From an uncultured Bifidobacteriaceae bacterium (GTDB lineage: Bacteria > Bacteroidota > Bacteroidia > UKL13-3): a stretch of DNA of 41,913 bases. Positions 30,198 to 39,923 of the stretch are shown here, piece after piece. The notes under the pieces are model-generated. The model saw only the letters and a program-made list of their open reading frames with translations. It was not told the origin of the DNA and did not search any database. The position numbers and the translations under genes are program-made. Position 1 is the stretch's first letter, and every line of letters starts with the position of its first letter. The stretch spans positions 1 to 41,913 of the forward strand of contig CAYSBE010000005.1 of assembly GCA_964429245.1 (NCBI GenBank), given 5' to 3'.

Positions 30198-30949
30198 TCT
30201 TGTTTCAGATAAATGTCAACACTTTGGCCACCCTTACTGTTTTGTCCGGCAGGTGGTACTTGTTTAGTCACTTTTGCCTGCGAAGTATCAGCAATATCAC
30301 CTTGATAGACCACAGCACCCAGGTTTAACGAAGCGCTGCTTAATAAATTATGGGCTTCATTTCTTGTTAATCCACTAAGATCAGGTATAGCTACATCTAT
30401 CGAATCAATGAGTCCTGAGCCAAGAACCAAGTCAATAGCGGAGCCTTTAGGTATTTTGCTGTTGGGCAAAATGGTATTACCTAGGAATAACTGTTCCAAT
30501 ACCACATTTTGTGCCATATCGGGTTTGTATGAGATATTTCCTTGTTTTAGTCCAGCTGCTTTAAGCATGGCTTGTGCCTGTCGCAATGATGCATCAATCA
30601 GATTGGGTACAGATACTCCGGGAGGTTTATCACTATTCACAATTAAATAAATGATACGGCCCTCTTTTACCTTCGATTCGGCTGCAGGGTTCTGGTCAAT
30701 GATGCTCAATTTGGGTTTGTCTTCAAAAAACATCGAATCAGTTATCAGGAAGCGTAGCTTTCTTTCCGCTAAAATGGAAATGGCGTCTTCTGTTTTTAAT
30801 CCGATAATATCAGGTACAGTCAATGCTTCGCCATGACGGGTAGTGCTTCGCAAAACCAATGCTGCTAAACTTATTAATATAAATAATACACCAAAAATAA
30901 GGATGAGGTGTATGCCTGCAAGTTTGAACAATTTCATATCCACCCGCAA
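30194..30949 (-). CDS. PASTA domain-containing membrane-anchored protein (start may be ATG 30937)
   Basis: One TM segment then three PASTA repeats (VPDIIG, VPNLID, IPDLSG, each with Q.P or V..Q motifs). No kinase or PBP domain. ATGA overlap with the downstream gene. Confidence 0.9.
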   Translation of the reverse strand: MRVDMKLFKLAGIHLILIFGVLFILISLAALVLRSTTRHGEALTVPDIIGLKTEDAISILAERKLRFLITDSMFFEDKPKLSIIDQNPAAESKVKEGRIIYLIVNSDKPPGVSVPNLIDASLRQAQAMLKAAGLKQGNISYKPDMAQNVVLEQLFLGNTILPNSKIPKGSAIDLVLGSGLIDSIDVAIPDLSGLTRNEAHNLLSSASLNLGAVVYQGDIADTSQAKVTKQVPPAGQNSKGGQSVDIYLKQE

Positions 30950-31048
30950 TTAATCACAAATTGGGCTATTTCTCAAATCTGAAATTGCAATTGCATTTGA
31001 TTTTCGGCACAGTTTTTGGAAATCCAAGCATATTAATCAACAAACAAT

Positions 31049-31591
31049 ATGAAAAACGTAATTTTTTGGATGGCTGCGGCTTCATCATTTTTATTCTTTT
31101 CCTGTGTTTCTAAAACACCGTTTTTACATCAGACACGTCAGCAGATGGAATTAGGGCAGTTGGATGTTGAGCAGTTACAATTTTACACGGATCGTGAAAT
31201 TGTATTCACACGAGAATTGGCGTCAGACAAGGTTAAAATTAATGCAGGTAAAATAAAGCATGAAAACGGAAAATATATTCACCGTGTTGTAATAAGAAAA
31301 CATACACCCGGAGTGTGTGTAAGCAAAGACTCATCAGGTCTTTTGATGGTTTTTGAGAAAGGAAAACAACGTGAATTGCAATTTAGACTTTCTGCAAATG
31401 AATATTATACATTGTTGCCTACTATTGAGCAAGGTCAAGATTTAATCGTACATTACGATGGAAAAGTTTATAAAACAGACCCCGAGATGCTTGAAACCAA
31501 ATTATTGGTAAAAAAGAAAATGGCAAGGCCATATGAAATGAACCAGCGGAAAGCCAAAGGTGTTCGTGTAGCCGGTCGTTTCCCTTTTTAA
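31049..31591 (+). CDS. Hypothetical lipoprotein
   Basis: Signal peptide ending FFSC. Basic C-terminus (RKAKGVRV). Confidence 0.75.
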   Translation: MKNVIFWMAAASSFLFFSCVSKTPFLHQTRQQMELGQLDVEQLQFYTDREIVFTRELASDKVKINAGKIKHENGKYIHRVVIRKHTPGVCVSKDSSGLLMVFEKGKQRELQFRLSANEYYTLLPTIEQGQDLIVHYDGKVYKTDPEMLETKLLVKKKMARPYEMNQRKAKGVRVAGRFPF

Positions 31592-31698
31592 TCAAGGCAC
31601 CGAAACAAATCTTGCGAGGGTAGCCATATTGGCTTTGTTCAAAATCAGCGTATCGCCTTTGATATGAAAATTTATCGCAATCATAGCAGGGTTCTCAT
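31592..31698 (-). pseudogene. Internally deleted remnant of a META/HslJ-domain-like gene
   Basis: Own translation: MRTLL-stop from ATG 31698, joined out of frame to (MIAI)NFHIKGDTLILNKANMATLARFVSVP-stop (31684-31592). This resembles the C-terminus of Bacteroidota META-domain proteins. Confidence 0.55.
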
Positions 31699-31774
31699 GT
31701 GTTCAAATTAACTAAAAGTTCAAATAAATTCTTGGTGAAAAAATGTGATCATGCAATAGTTGATATTTTCAACG

Positions 31775-31782
31775 TATCTTTG
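31775..31782 (+). promoter_or_regulatory. -7 promoter element for mnmA
   Basis: TATCTTTG is an exact TAnnTTTG match, 57 nt before the ATG. Confidence 0.65.
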
Positions 31783-31839
31783 CAACCTATTAATTTTACC
31801 AATCATAAGGGCTTTTTACCCTTTTTAATGTTTTGAGTA

Positions 31840-32949
31840 ATGAGTAAAAAAGGAAAAATTTTAGTAGCCATGAGCGGAGGGCTGGATAGCACCGTGACGG
31901 CAGTAATGTTAGCCGAAGAAGGCTATGAAGTAATTGGTATCACCATGAAAACATGGGACTATGCCACATCAGGTGGAAGCAAAAAAGAAACCGGATGCTG
32001 CAGTCTAGACAGCATCAACGATGCACGTTCCATTGCCGTAAAACACGGTATTCATCACATGATTCTTGATATACGTGATGAATTTGGCGATTTTGTAATT
32101 GACAATTTTGTAGAAGAATACTTGGCAGGGCGCACACCCAACCCTTGCGTGCTTTGCAATACCCACATCAAATGGGAAGCATTACTCAAAAGGGCCAATC
32201 AACTTGATTGTGAGTTTATTGCTACCGGCCATTACGCACAAGTACGGCACGAAAATAACCGCTATGTGGTAAGCAAAGGACTGGATGCAAACAAAGACCA
32301 ATCGTATGTTCTGTGGGGACTTTCGCAAGCTAGTTTAAGCAAAACCCGTTTTCCTTTAGGGAAATTTCATAAATCAGACATCAGGCAAATGGCTTTGGAT
32401 ATGGGCTATGACGAGTTGGTGAAAAAAAGCGAAAGCTACGAAATATGTTTTGTGCCCGATAATGATTACCGTGGTTTCTTGAAACGCAGGGTTGGCGGAT
32501 TGGAAGAGCGTGTAAATGGAGGAGATTTTGTAATGACAGATGGCACAGTCATTGGCAAACACAAAGGTTACCCTTTTTATACGGTTGGGCAGCGCAAGGG
32601 TTTAGGTATTGCTGTGGGCGATCCGCTTTATGTGGTAGAAATAAAACCTGAAACAAATACGGTCATTCTAGGAAATGAAAATGATCTTGAACGCAATGGT
32701 ATGTGGGTTCGTGGTGTAAATATGGGCAAATACGAAAAACTAGATAGCCCACATGAAACCATTACAAAAATACGATACAAAGATGCAGGCACACATGCAC
32801 AAATTGAGCAACATGGTGATAGAATGAAAGTAGTATTTGATGCGCATGTTAAAGCCATTGCACCGGGACAATCAGCCGTTTTTTATGAAGGCAATGATGT
32901 TGTTGGTGGAGGATGGATTGAAAAAAGTTTTGCTTCTCTGAATAATTAG
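31840..32949 (+). CDS. mnmA: tRNA 2-thiouridine(34) synthase
   Basis: AMSGGLDS PP-loop, TPNPCVLCN, ATGHYA, KDQSY, ES.EICF, TVGQRKGLG, APGQSAVFY. Confidence 0.97.
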   Translation: MSKKGKILVAMSGGLDSTVTAVMLAEEGYEVIGITMKTWDYATSGGSKKETGCCSLDSINDARSIAVKHGIHHMILDIRDEFGDFVIDNFVEEYLAGRTPNPCVLCNTHIKWEALLKRANQLDCEFIATGHYAQVRHENNRYVVSKGLDANKDQSYVLWGLSQASLSKTRFPLGKFHKSDIRQMALDMGYDELVKKSESYEICFVPDNDYRGFLKRRVGGLEERVNGGDFVMTDGTVIGKHKGYPFYTVGQRKGLGIAVGDPLYVVEIKPETNTVILGNENDLERNGMWVRGVNMGKYEKLDSPHETITKIRYKDAGTHAQIEQHGDRMKVVFDAHVKAIAPGQSAVFYEGNDVVGGGWIEKSFASLNN

Positions 32950-33003
32950 TTTGAACATACTTTTCATTCCTGTTTTTCGTTTTAAAATACGTTATTTGAA
33001 TTT

Positions 33004-33657
33004 GTGCAACGAATTTTATATTTAGTCGTGTTGGTTTTTTTGTTTTCCTCGTGCGAAGAGGAAAACACAACTCCGCCTCCAGAGGTAGGTTATTCATACT
33101 TCCCATTGGTTACAGGTAGCGAAAGAATTTATCAGGTTGATTCGCTTGCTTATGATAACAATGCGGGCATCACGGATATTGATACGTTTAGGTATTATTA
33201 CCGTGAACAAGTTGGGGAAGTGTATTCTGCTTCCAATGGTGAATCTTGGTTCATGATTTATCGTTCATTTGCTGATACACTTGACGGAAACTGGCTGGTT
33301 TCAAATACATGGAGGGCACTTCAAAATGAATTGTATGCACAGCAAAATGAAGACAATCGGGTGTTTGTGAAAATGGTATTTCCTGTAAAGGAAAATAAAT
33401 CCTGGAATGGAAACATGTTTAATGCACTGGATGCAATTACCTATCGATATATTTCAACAGAGGTTCCCTACAATCATTTTGCCAATACCATTGTCATTCA
33501 AATGGAAAACGATTCCAATGCCATCGAGGTTATTCGCAGAAATGAACAATATGCAAAAGATGTAGGATTGGTTTATTTAAAATATGATTCATTAAATACC
33601 CAAGTATCCGGCACACGTGGATTTAGAAAACAATACCGATTGATTCAATACCGATAG
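33004..33657 (+). CDS. Hypothetical lipoprotein
   Basis: GTG start. Signal peptide ending FSSC, GYSYFPL..G..IYQVDS, and YAKDVGLV near the C-terminus. Confidence 0.8.
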   Translation: MQRILYLVVLVFLFSSCEEENTTPPPEVGYSYFPLVTGSERIYQVDSLAYDNNAGITDIDTFRYYYREQVGEVYSASNGESWFMIYRSFADTLDGNWLVSNTWRALQNELYAQQNEDNRVFVKMVFPVKENKSWNGNMFNALDAITYRYISTEVPYNHFANTIVIQMENDSNAIEVIRRNEQYAKDVGLVYLKYDSLNTQVSGTRGFRKQYRLIQYR

Positions 33658-33658
33658 C

Positions 33659-35323
33659 ATGAAAAAAACATTTCTCTTTTCGCTATTACTGATTATCGGA
33701 AGCATCGTATTTGCCCAACGAGCAACCATCTATGCAGTTGAACTCAACACCAAAGACACGTCTGTATATAAATTGTCTAAGCCTGAAGCGCTTTTCACAG
33801 CCGAGAGCTTAAAAAGAAAAAACAGGTTACAAATCAAGCCTGATATGCGTGACATACCGATAAGTAATATCATCATTGATACATTACAGTCTCTTGGACA
33901 TAAAGTTGCTTATACCAGCAAATGGTTAAATATGGTTTTTATTGAAAGCAATAACCGAAAATCAGTGGAAGCCTTAAAGCGTTTCAATTTTGTAAAAACA
34001 TTATATCCATTTTCTAGTGCACAAAGTGCGTCCTCCATAAAAGGAATTGATTTTCCGGATATTGAATTGCAGATAGAGCAGTTGAACAAAAAAGTAACGG
34101 GCGTAAATACGATGTATGATAGTGGATTTTATGGGAATGCCCGAGCACAAATTCATCAATTGTTAATCGATTCATTGCATGCATCAGGTTTTACAGGCAT
34201 TGGGGTGCGAATTGCCATTTTCGATAATGGTTTTCGCAATTTACAGAATCTACGAAGGGTGTTGAATTATTTTGAAAGAGCAAGATTTGGGGGTTCAAAA
34301 AATTTTGTTAGACCCACAAAAAGTGTATTTGCAGAAGGCGATCATGGAGTTGCTGTGCTCTCCATTATGGCTGCGTATAAGCCCAGCTTGATGGTGGGAT
34401 CTTCTCCTGATGCCTTGTATTATTTAATGTGTACCGAAGATGATATTACAGAGTCTCCATTAGAGGAATTATTTTGGCTGATGGCTGCTGAGTTTTGTGA
34501 CAGTATTGGAGTGGATATCATTCAATCATCCTTAGGCTATAATGAATTTGATGAAGAAGCGTATTCGCACCAAATAAAACAACTTGACGGAAAGACAACT
34601 CTTATTAGCAAAGCCGCATCTGTTGCGGTTAGCAAAGGTATTGTGGTAGTCAACAGTGCAGGAAATGAAGGAGATAAAGACTGGCGCTTTATTGCCGCAC
34701 CTGCTGATGTAGAAGGGGTAATCACAGTCGGAGGTGTAGACATTAATGGCCATATGGCTATGTTTAGTTCGCAAGGCCCAACAGCTGATAAGCGTATAAA
34801 GCCTGATGTGTCTGCTATGGCTGAAGGAACATTTTCCATATCAGCATCAGGTGTTGTAAATAAAGGCAATGGAACTTCCTATGCCACACCTCTCATTTCG
34901 GGTATGGTTGCTTGTCTTTTGCAAGCATTTCCCAATGCCACCCCTGATGAAATTCGACATGCCTTACGCATCAGTGCTGATCATTATTTTAAACCCGATA
35001 TTCATTTTGGCTATGGTGTGCCAAAAGCCACGCTTGCATTAGGTGTGTTGGCTTCTCAACAGCAGATGAAAGATAGTGTGATTGAGGTTAATCAACTTGC
35101 CGATCAAAATTTTCACCTGTTGTTTTATGGCAAACAACCACAAACATATACTTGGAAAGTAGAGGATGCACAAGGCCGAGTGTTAGTTCATGGTACACGC
35201 AGAATGAAAAGGGCAGGTGCCGATAGGTTTATTTTGTGCAATGCAAAAAAGTTAGCCAAAGGTAGTTATGTGCTAAAGCTTACAACGGAGAATGGGGTTA
35301 TCCATTCTGTATTTTCCAACTAA
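33659..35323 (+). CDS. Secreted subtilisin-like S8 serine peptidase
   Basis: Catalytic triad IAIFDNG, DHGVAVLS and GNGTSYATP. Oxyanion SAGNEG, IKPDV, signal peptide, and a CTD-like tail. Confidence 0.93.
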   Translation: MKKTFLFSLLLIIGSIVFAQRATIYAVELNTKDTSVYKLSKPEALFTAESLKRKNRLQIKPDMRDIPISNIIIDTLQSLGHKVAYTSKWLNMVFIESNNRKSVEALKRFNFVKTLYPFSSAQSASSIKGIDFPDIELQIEQLNKKVTGVNTMYDSGFYGNARAQIHQLLIDSLHASGFTGIGVRIAIFDNGFRNLQNLRRVLNYFERARFGGSKNFVRPTKSVFAEGDHGVAVLSIMAAYKPSLMVGSSPDALYYLMCTEDDITESPLEELFWLMAAEFCDSIGVDIIQSSLGYNEFDEEAYSHQIKQLDGKTTLISKAASVAVSKGIVVVNSAGNEGDKDWRFIAAPADVEGVITVGGVDINGHMAMFSSQGPTADKRIKPDVSAMAEGTFSISASGVVNKGNGTSYATPLISGMVACLLQAFPNATPDEIRHALRISADHYFKPDIHFGYGVPKATLALGVLASQQQMKDSVIEVNQLADQNFHLLFYGKQPQTYTWKVEDAQGRVLVHGTRRMKRAGADRFILCNAKKLAKGSYVLKLTTENGVIHSVFSN

Positions 35324-35808
35324 GGCTTTAGCAATATATTCAACAAATCTTCTTCTAGGCTTTTGTCAGGGGTTTCAATAATTTTCCCTACAACTTTGCC
35401 CTTGTGCATGATGATGACGGTTGGGACATACTCAATTTGCAATTGTTCAAGATTGATATGTGAAGAGGTTTTGTTGCGCAATGTCCCTATCAATTCTATT
35501 TGCGAATCGTTTACACCCACACATTTCATCACTTTATAAAAATGTGGCACATGCTCACGACTGTCGCTGCACCAAGTTCCCATAACCACAATAAATGAAA
35601 GTTGGGAAGCATATGCTTTCAACTTTTTGCAAATGCTGTCGTCAGGTATGTATTCGGCTACGCCTTTGGCATACCAAGTATAGTTATTTTGCAGCAGATC
35701 ACTGTTTATTTTACCGTCAATAATGCTGTCGGGTGTGAATGTATACTGTGCTGACACGTGGTATGTAATTGCAATGAAAAGTATAAGCAGATTAAGCTTG
35801 TTGCGCAT
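35320..35808 (-). CDS. Exported thioredoxin-family protein (CxxS)
   Basis: Signal peptide, MGTWCSDS active site, YVPT cis-Pro motif. The 5' end overlaps the fbp 3' end; alternative start at 35814. Confidence 0.85.
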   Translation of the reverse strand: MRNKLNLLILFIAITYHVSAQYTFTPDSIIDGKINSDLLQNNYTWYAKGVAEYIPDDSICKKLKAYASQLSFIVVMGTWCSDSREHVPHFYKVMKCVGVNDSQIELIGTLRNKTSSHINLEQLQIEYVPTVIIMHKGKVVGKIIETPDKSLEEDLLNILLKP

Positions 35809-36820
35809 GGGCATTCATAAATTCTACGGCTTTGTTAACCATATTTTCCGACCCGATAAAAACGGGCACACGCTGATGCAACTCCTCTGGTGTTACATCC
35901 ATCACACGTTCTTTTCCTGTATGGGCTTTGCCACCGGCTTGTTCTACAATAAATGCCATGGGATTGCACTCAAACATCAAACGCAACTTACCGTTAGGTG
36001 CTTTTTCAGTAGGTGGGTAAATAAAAATTCCGCCTTTAAGTAAGTTGCGGTGCAAGTCAGCCACCATTGAGCCAATGTACCGTGCGCTATAAGGACGTTT
36101 GGTTTCCTTGTCTTTCTCTTTGCACCAGTCAATATATTTCTGAACACCAACAGGAAAGTCTTTGCTATTTCCTTCGTTAAGTGAATAGATAGCGCCATCT
36201 TTTGGTGTTTTAATGTTGGGATGTGAAAGGCAAAATTCACCAATGGAAGTATCGAGTGTGAAGCCGTTTACTCCTGCACCGGTTGTGTATACCAGCATGG
36301 TAGATGATCCATAAATAACATAACCTGCTGCTACCAGTTTATTTCCAGGTTGAAGCACATCAGCAATGGTTGGTATAGTTCCGGGCTCAGTTACCCTGCG
36401 GTAAACAGAAAATATAGTGCCGATAGATACATTCACATCAATATTGGAAGATCCGTCAAGTGGATCCATGCATACTACATATTTGGCATTGTTGGAGTAC
36501 GGACCATTCAATATGCGAATATCATCATCCTCTTCAGATGCTACTACGCAGCATTCGCCACCTCGGGTGAGGGCTTGAATAAACAACTCATTCCCAATCA
36601 AATCCAGCTTTTTCACATCTTCGCCTTGCACATTTACCTCTCCGGTTTCGCCAATAATTTCAGCAATACCAGCTTTGTTCACCTCACGGCTAATGATTTT
36701 GGCAGCTATACCTATATCCCGCATCAACCGTGAAAACTCGCCTTTTGCATAGGGGAAATCAGCTTGTCGCTCAATGATAAACTGGCCAAGTGTGGTAACG
36801 TTTTTAATAGATGATGACAT
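35792..36820 (-). CDS. fbp: Fructose-1,6-bisphosphatase class 1
   Basis: [51 protein letters not shown]. Confidence 0.97.
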   Translation of the reverse strand: MSSSIKNVTTLGQFIIERQADFPYAKGEFSRLMRDIGIAAKIISREVNKAGIAEIIGETGEVNVQGEDVKKLDLIGNELFIQALTRGGECCVVASEEDDDIRILNGPYSNNAKYVVCMDPLDGSSNIDVNVSIGTIFSVYRRVTEPGTIPTIADVLQPGNKLVAAGYVIYGSSTMLVYTTGAGVNGFTLDTSIGEFCLSHPNIKTPKDGAIYSLNEGNSKDFPVGVQKYIDWCKEKDKETKRPYSARYIGSMVADLHRNLLKGGIFIYPPTEKAPNGKLRLMFECNPMAFIVEQAGGKAHTGKERVMDVTPEELHQRVPVFIGSENMVNKAVEFMNAHAQQA

Positions 36821-36845
36821 TTGAATGATGTTTATTAATGGTGGG

Positions 36846-36853
36846 CAAATATA
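36846..36853 (-). promoter_or_regulatory. -7 promoter element for fbp
   Basis: Reverse complement reads TATATTTG, 25 nt upstream of the fbp ATG. Confidence 0.6.
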
Positions 36854-36900
36854 GCATAACAGTCTATTTTAACGTAATATTGCCGCCAATTATCATTTGC

Positions 36901-38160
36901 ATGAAAGTATTCAAATTTGGTGGTGCATCGGTAAAAGATGCAGATGCAGTAAGAAATGTAGCCAATGTGCTTGGCAGATTTAAAAACGAGCAGTTACTTA
37001 TTGTGGTATCAGCAATGGGAAAAACTACCAACGCGCTTGAAAAGCTTGCTGTAGCATATGATCGTTTTGAGAAGGAAGAAATGCAAACCATGTATAAAGA
37101 AATTAAATCTTTTCATGATGGAATTATAGCTGACCTGCTCACCAACAGTCCAAGCCATGCCTACGATGACATTGAAAACCTGTTTATTGAATTGGAATGT
37201 ATGTTAGAGACTTATCCCGAGCACGACCGCGATACCACATACGATCAGATAGTAAGCTACGGTGAAATTATTTCAACCCGCATTGTAAGTGCTTACCTGA
37301 ATGAGGCCGGCATAAAAAACCGCTGGATGGATGCACGCAATTTTATCAGTACAGATGCTACATACAGAGAAGGAAAAGTTGACTGGCAAACCACCCAAAC
37401 CATGATTGAGCGAAAGCTTAAACCCATCGTGCAAAAACAGATTGTGGTTACACAGGGCTTTATCGGGCAAAGTCGCGAGCACCTGACCACCACATTGGGC
37501 CGCGAAGGTTCCGACTACTCAGCTGCAATATTCGCTTTTGGCCTCAATGCTGAAAGTGTTACCATATGGAAAGATGTGGCCGGTGTGATGAATGCCGACC
37601 CCAAGAAGATACCTGATGCGGTGAAACTAGACGCACTTAGCTATACCCATGCCATTGAAATGGCCTATTATGGAGCTACCGTTATTCACCCCAAAACCAT
37701 TCAGCCGCTTAAAAGCAAAAATATTCCGCTATATGTCAAGTCATTTATCAATCCCGATGCACCTGGTACGGTAGTGAATAATCAGGTAAATGAAGAGCGG
37801 ATTCCGGTTATAATTTCCAAAACCAATCAGGTGCTCATTTCCATATCCAGTCGCGATTTTTCATTTATTGTAGAGGATAACTTGAGTAAAATATTTTCGC
37901 TTTTTGCCGAACATCAGGTAAAAATAAACTTGATGCAAAATTCTGCCATTAGTTTTAGTGTATGTGTTGACGATACAGGCGAAAAAATAGAGCGTTTGAA
38001 AAATGACCTGAACATAGAATTTAATGTGCGTAGCAACGAAGCATTGGAAATGTACACCGTGATGTATTATGATGATGCCACTCTTAAACAATTGCTGCAA
38101 AGTCGTGAACTATTGCTTGAGCAACGCACTAGAAATACCATTCAAATGGTGGTGAAATGA
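36901..38160 (+). CDS. lysC: Aspartate kinase
   Basis: MKVFKFGGASV, VVSAMG, TTLGREGSDYSA, WKDV.GV..ADP, GATVIHPKT and an ACT-like C-terminus. Start moved to 36901. Confidence 0.94.
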   Translation: MKVFKFGGASVKDADAVRNVANVLGRFKNEQLLIVVSAMGKTTNALEKLAVAYDRFEKEEMQTMYKEIKSFHDGIIADLLTNSPSHAYDDIENLFIELECMLETYPEHDRDTTYDQIVSYGEIISTRIVSAYLNEAGIKNRWMDARNFISTDATYREGKVDWQTTQTMIERKLKPIVQKQIVVTQGFIGQSREHLTTTLGREGSDYSAAIFAFGLNAESVTIWKDVAGVMNADPKKIPDAVKLDALSYTHAIEMAYYGATVIHPKTIQPLKSKNIPLYVKSFINPDAPGTVVNNQVNEERIPVIISKTNQVLISISSRDFSFIVEDNLSKIFSLFAEHQVKINLMQNSAISFSVCVDDTGEKIERLKNDLNIEFNVRSNEALEMYTVMYYDDATLKQLLQSRELLLEQRTRNTIQMVVK

Positions 38161-38636
38161 TAACATACTACCTGCTTACAGGAAGCAATATGGGTAATTC
38201 GGCCGAGCATCTTCATGCAGCTCAACAAAATATCAGACACAAATTGGGAATTGTACCCAATGCTTCATCAATGTATAAAACTGCTCCATGGGGCAACACC
38301 AATCAGCAGGATTTTTTGAATCAGGTGCTGGAATTGCAAACAGAAGTGACTCCCGAAAATGTGCTGGAAACCATTTTGCAGATAGAGCAGGAGATGGGAC
38401 GCACACGGTTGTATAAATGGGAACCACGCATTATTGATATTGATATATTGTTTGCAAGCGATGTTGTTATGCAAACGCCCGAATTAGCTATTCCGCATCC
38501 TTTGCTGCACGAGCGCAGGTTTACGTTGGTACCATTATGCGAAATTGCTCCGGAATTTATACATCCGGTTTTGCACAAAACCATACGGCAATTGTTGGAT
38601 GCATGCAGTGATGATAGTTTGGTGGAAAAAATGTAA
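38157..38636 (+). CDS. folK: 2-amino-4-hydroxy-6-hydroxymethyldihydropteridine diphosphokinase (HPPK)
   Basis: GSNMG, Y.T.PWG...Q.DFLNQV, KWEPRIIDIDIL, IPHP...ERRF.L.PL. Confidence 0.96.
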   Translation: MITYYLLTGSNMGNSAEHLHAAQQNIRHKLGIVPNASSMYKTAPWGNTNQQDFLNQVLELQTEVTPENVLETILQIEQEMGRTRLYKWEPRIIDIDILFASDVVMQTPELAIPHPLLHERRFTLVPLCEIAPEFIHPVLHKTIRQLLDACSDDSLVEKM

Positions 38637-38670
38637 GTACGCCTATGTGGCATAGGCATACCTTGCAGGC

Positions 38671-39324
38671 ATGCAGTTGCAACACCGCTACATAGCCATA
38701 GAAGGAAATATTGGTGCCGGGAAATCAAGCTTGGCCACACGCATGAGTCGTGACTTTAAGGCCAAACTTATACTTGAAGAGTTTGAAGACAACTCCTTTT
38801 TGCCTAAGTTTTACGAAGATCCAATACGTTATGCTTTTCCACTTGAGATGAGTTTTCTTACCGATCGATATAATCAATTGAAAACCCATACGCCATCTGG
38901 TGACCTTTTTGCGCAGCCAACCATTAGTGATTACATGCTTGCCAAATGTTTGCTGTTTTCGAAGGTAAACCTAAGCGATGATGAATACTCATTATACCAT
39001 AAGTTTTTCGATATTATATACAATCAGCTGTCACATCCCGATTTAATTGTTTATTTACACAATCCCATTGAAAAGCTGCAGTGGAATATCGCCAATCGCG
39101 GTCGTGCTTATGAGCAGCAGATTTCCAATGATTATTTACTTAGTATTCAGAAAGCTTATATGGAATATTTGAAACTACTTGCCGAGCGAATGCCTGTTGT
39201 TGTTATTGATTGCACGCCTTTTGATTTTGTAAAAAATGAGGATGACTATTTTAATTTAAAATCAATGGTATGCAAAAAGTATGATATCGGATTGCATCAT
39301 ATCAATTGGTTAATTGAAGAATGA
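38671..39324 (+). CDS. Deoxynucleoside kinase
   Basis: IAIEGNIGAGKS P-loop, FLPKFY.DP, PDLIVYL, IANRGRAYE. Confidence 0.93.
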   Translation: MQLQHRYIAIEGNIGAGKSSLATRMSRDFKAKLILEEFEDNSFLPKFYEDPIRYAFPLEMSFLTDRYNQLKTHTPSGDLFAQPTISDYMLAKCLLFSKVNLSDDEYSLYHKFFDIIYNQLSHPDLIVYLHNPIEKLQWNIANRGRAYEQQISNDYLLSIQKAYMEYLKLLAERMPVVVIDCTPFDFVKNEDDYFNLKSMVCKKYDIGLHHINWLIEE

Positions 39325-39923
39325 ACGAAATTTTCAGTACAGCATACCTGCCTCCGGTTTCGTGGTTTGTACATTTTTTGCAAGCACACCAACCCGTTAT
39401 TGATTTGGGCGAATTTTATTTGAAACAAAGCTACCGCAACCGCTGCTGTATTCTATCGGCCAATGGTGAGTTGGCATTAAGTATTCCGGTAAAAAAGTTA
39501 GCATCTAAAACAGCAGTGAAAGATATTTTGATTGAAAATGAGTTTTGCTGGCAAAAGCAACATTGGGAAGCAATTTGCTCGGCCTATAACAGTTCGCCCT
39601 ATTTTCAATATTATAGGCATCGCTTCGAGCCAATTTATCACCAGCAGTTTACGCATTTGCATAGCTTGAATCAAGCCCTACTTGAATTATGCATGAACAT
39701 GTTGAAACTCGAAAAGCAGTATGAAAATGCACTTTCTTACCAGGAATCAGCAATCGATTTTCGCCAAATCATTCATCCCAAGAAAAAGGCGAATATGATA
39801 TTTCTATCATACCCGCAGGTGTTTATGTACAAATATGGTTTTGTGTCTAACTTATCTGTAATTGATTTGCTTTTCAATAGCGGACCTGAAGCACTACAAT
39901 ATCTGTTATCGATTAAAACCTAA
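39321..39923 (+). CDS. WbqC-like family protein
   Basis: YLPP, KQSYRNR, W.KQHW, AY.SSPYF, Y.QVF, F..NLSVIDLLFN.GP. ATGA overlap with the kinase gene. Confidence 0.9.
   Translation: MNEIFSTAYLPPVSWFVHFLQAHQPVIDLGEFYLKQSYRNRCCILSANGELALSIPVKKLASKTAVKDILIENEFCWQKQHWEAICSAYNSSPYFQYYRHRFEPIYHQQFTHLHSLNQALLELCMNMLKLEKQYENALSYQESAIDFRQIIHPKKKANMIFLSYPQVFMYKYGFVSNLSVIDLLFNSGPEALQYLLSIKT

Noticed and set aside
38157-39324. Frameshifted folK-deoxynucleoside kinase fusion
   Set aside because: Both ORFs are complete with their own start and stop, and the 34-nt spacer has no slippery run.
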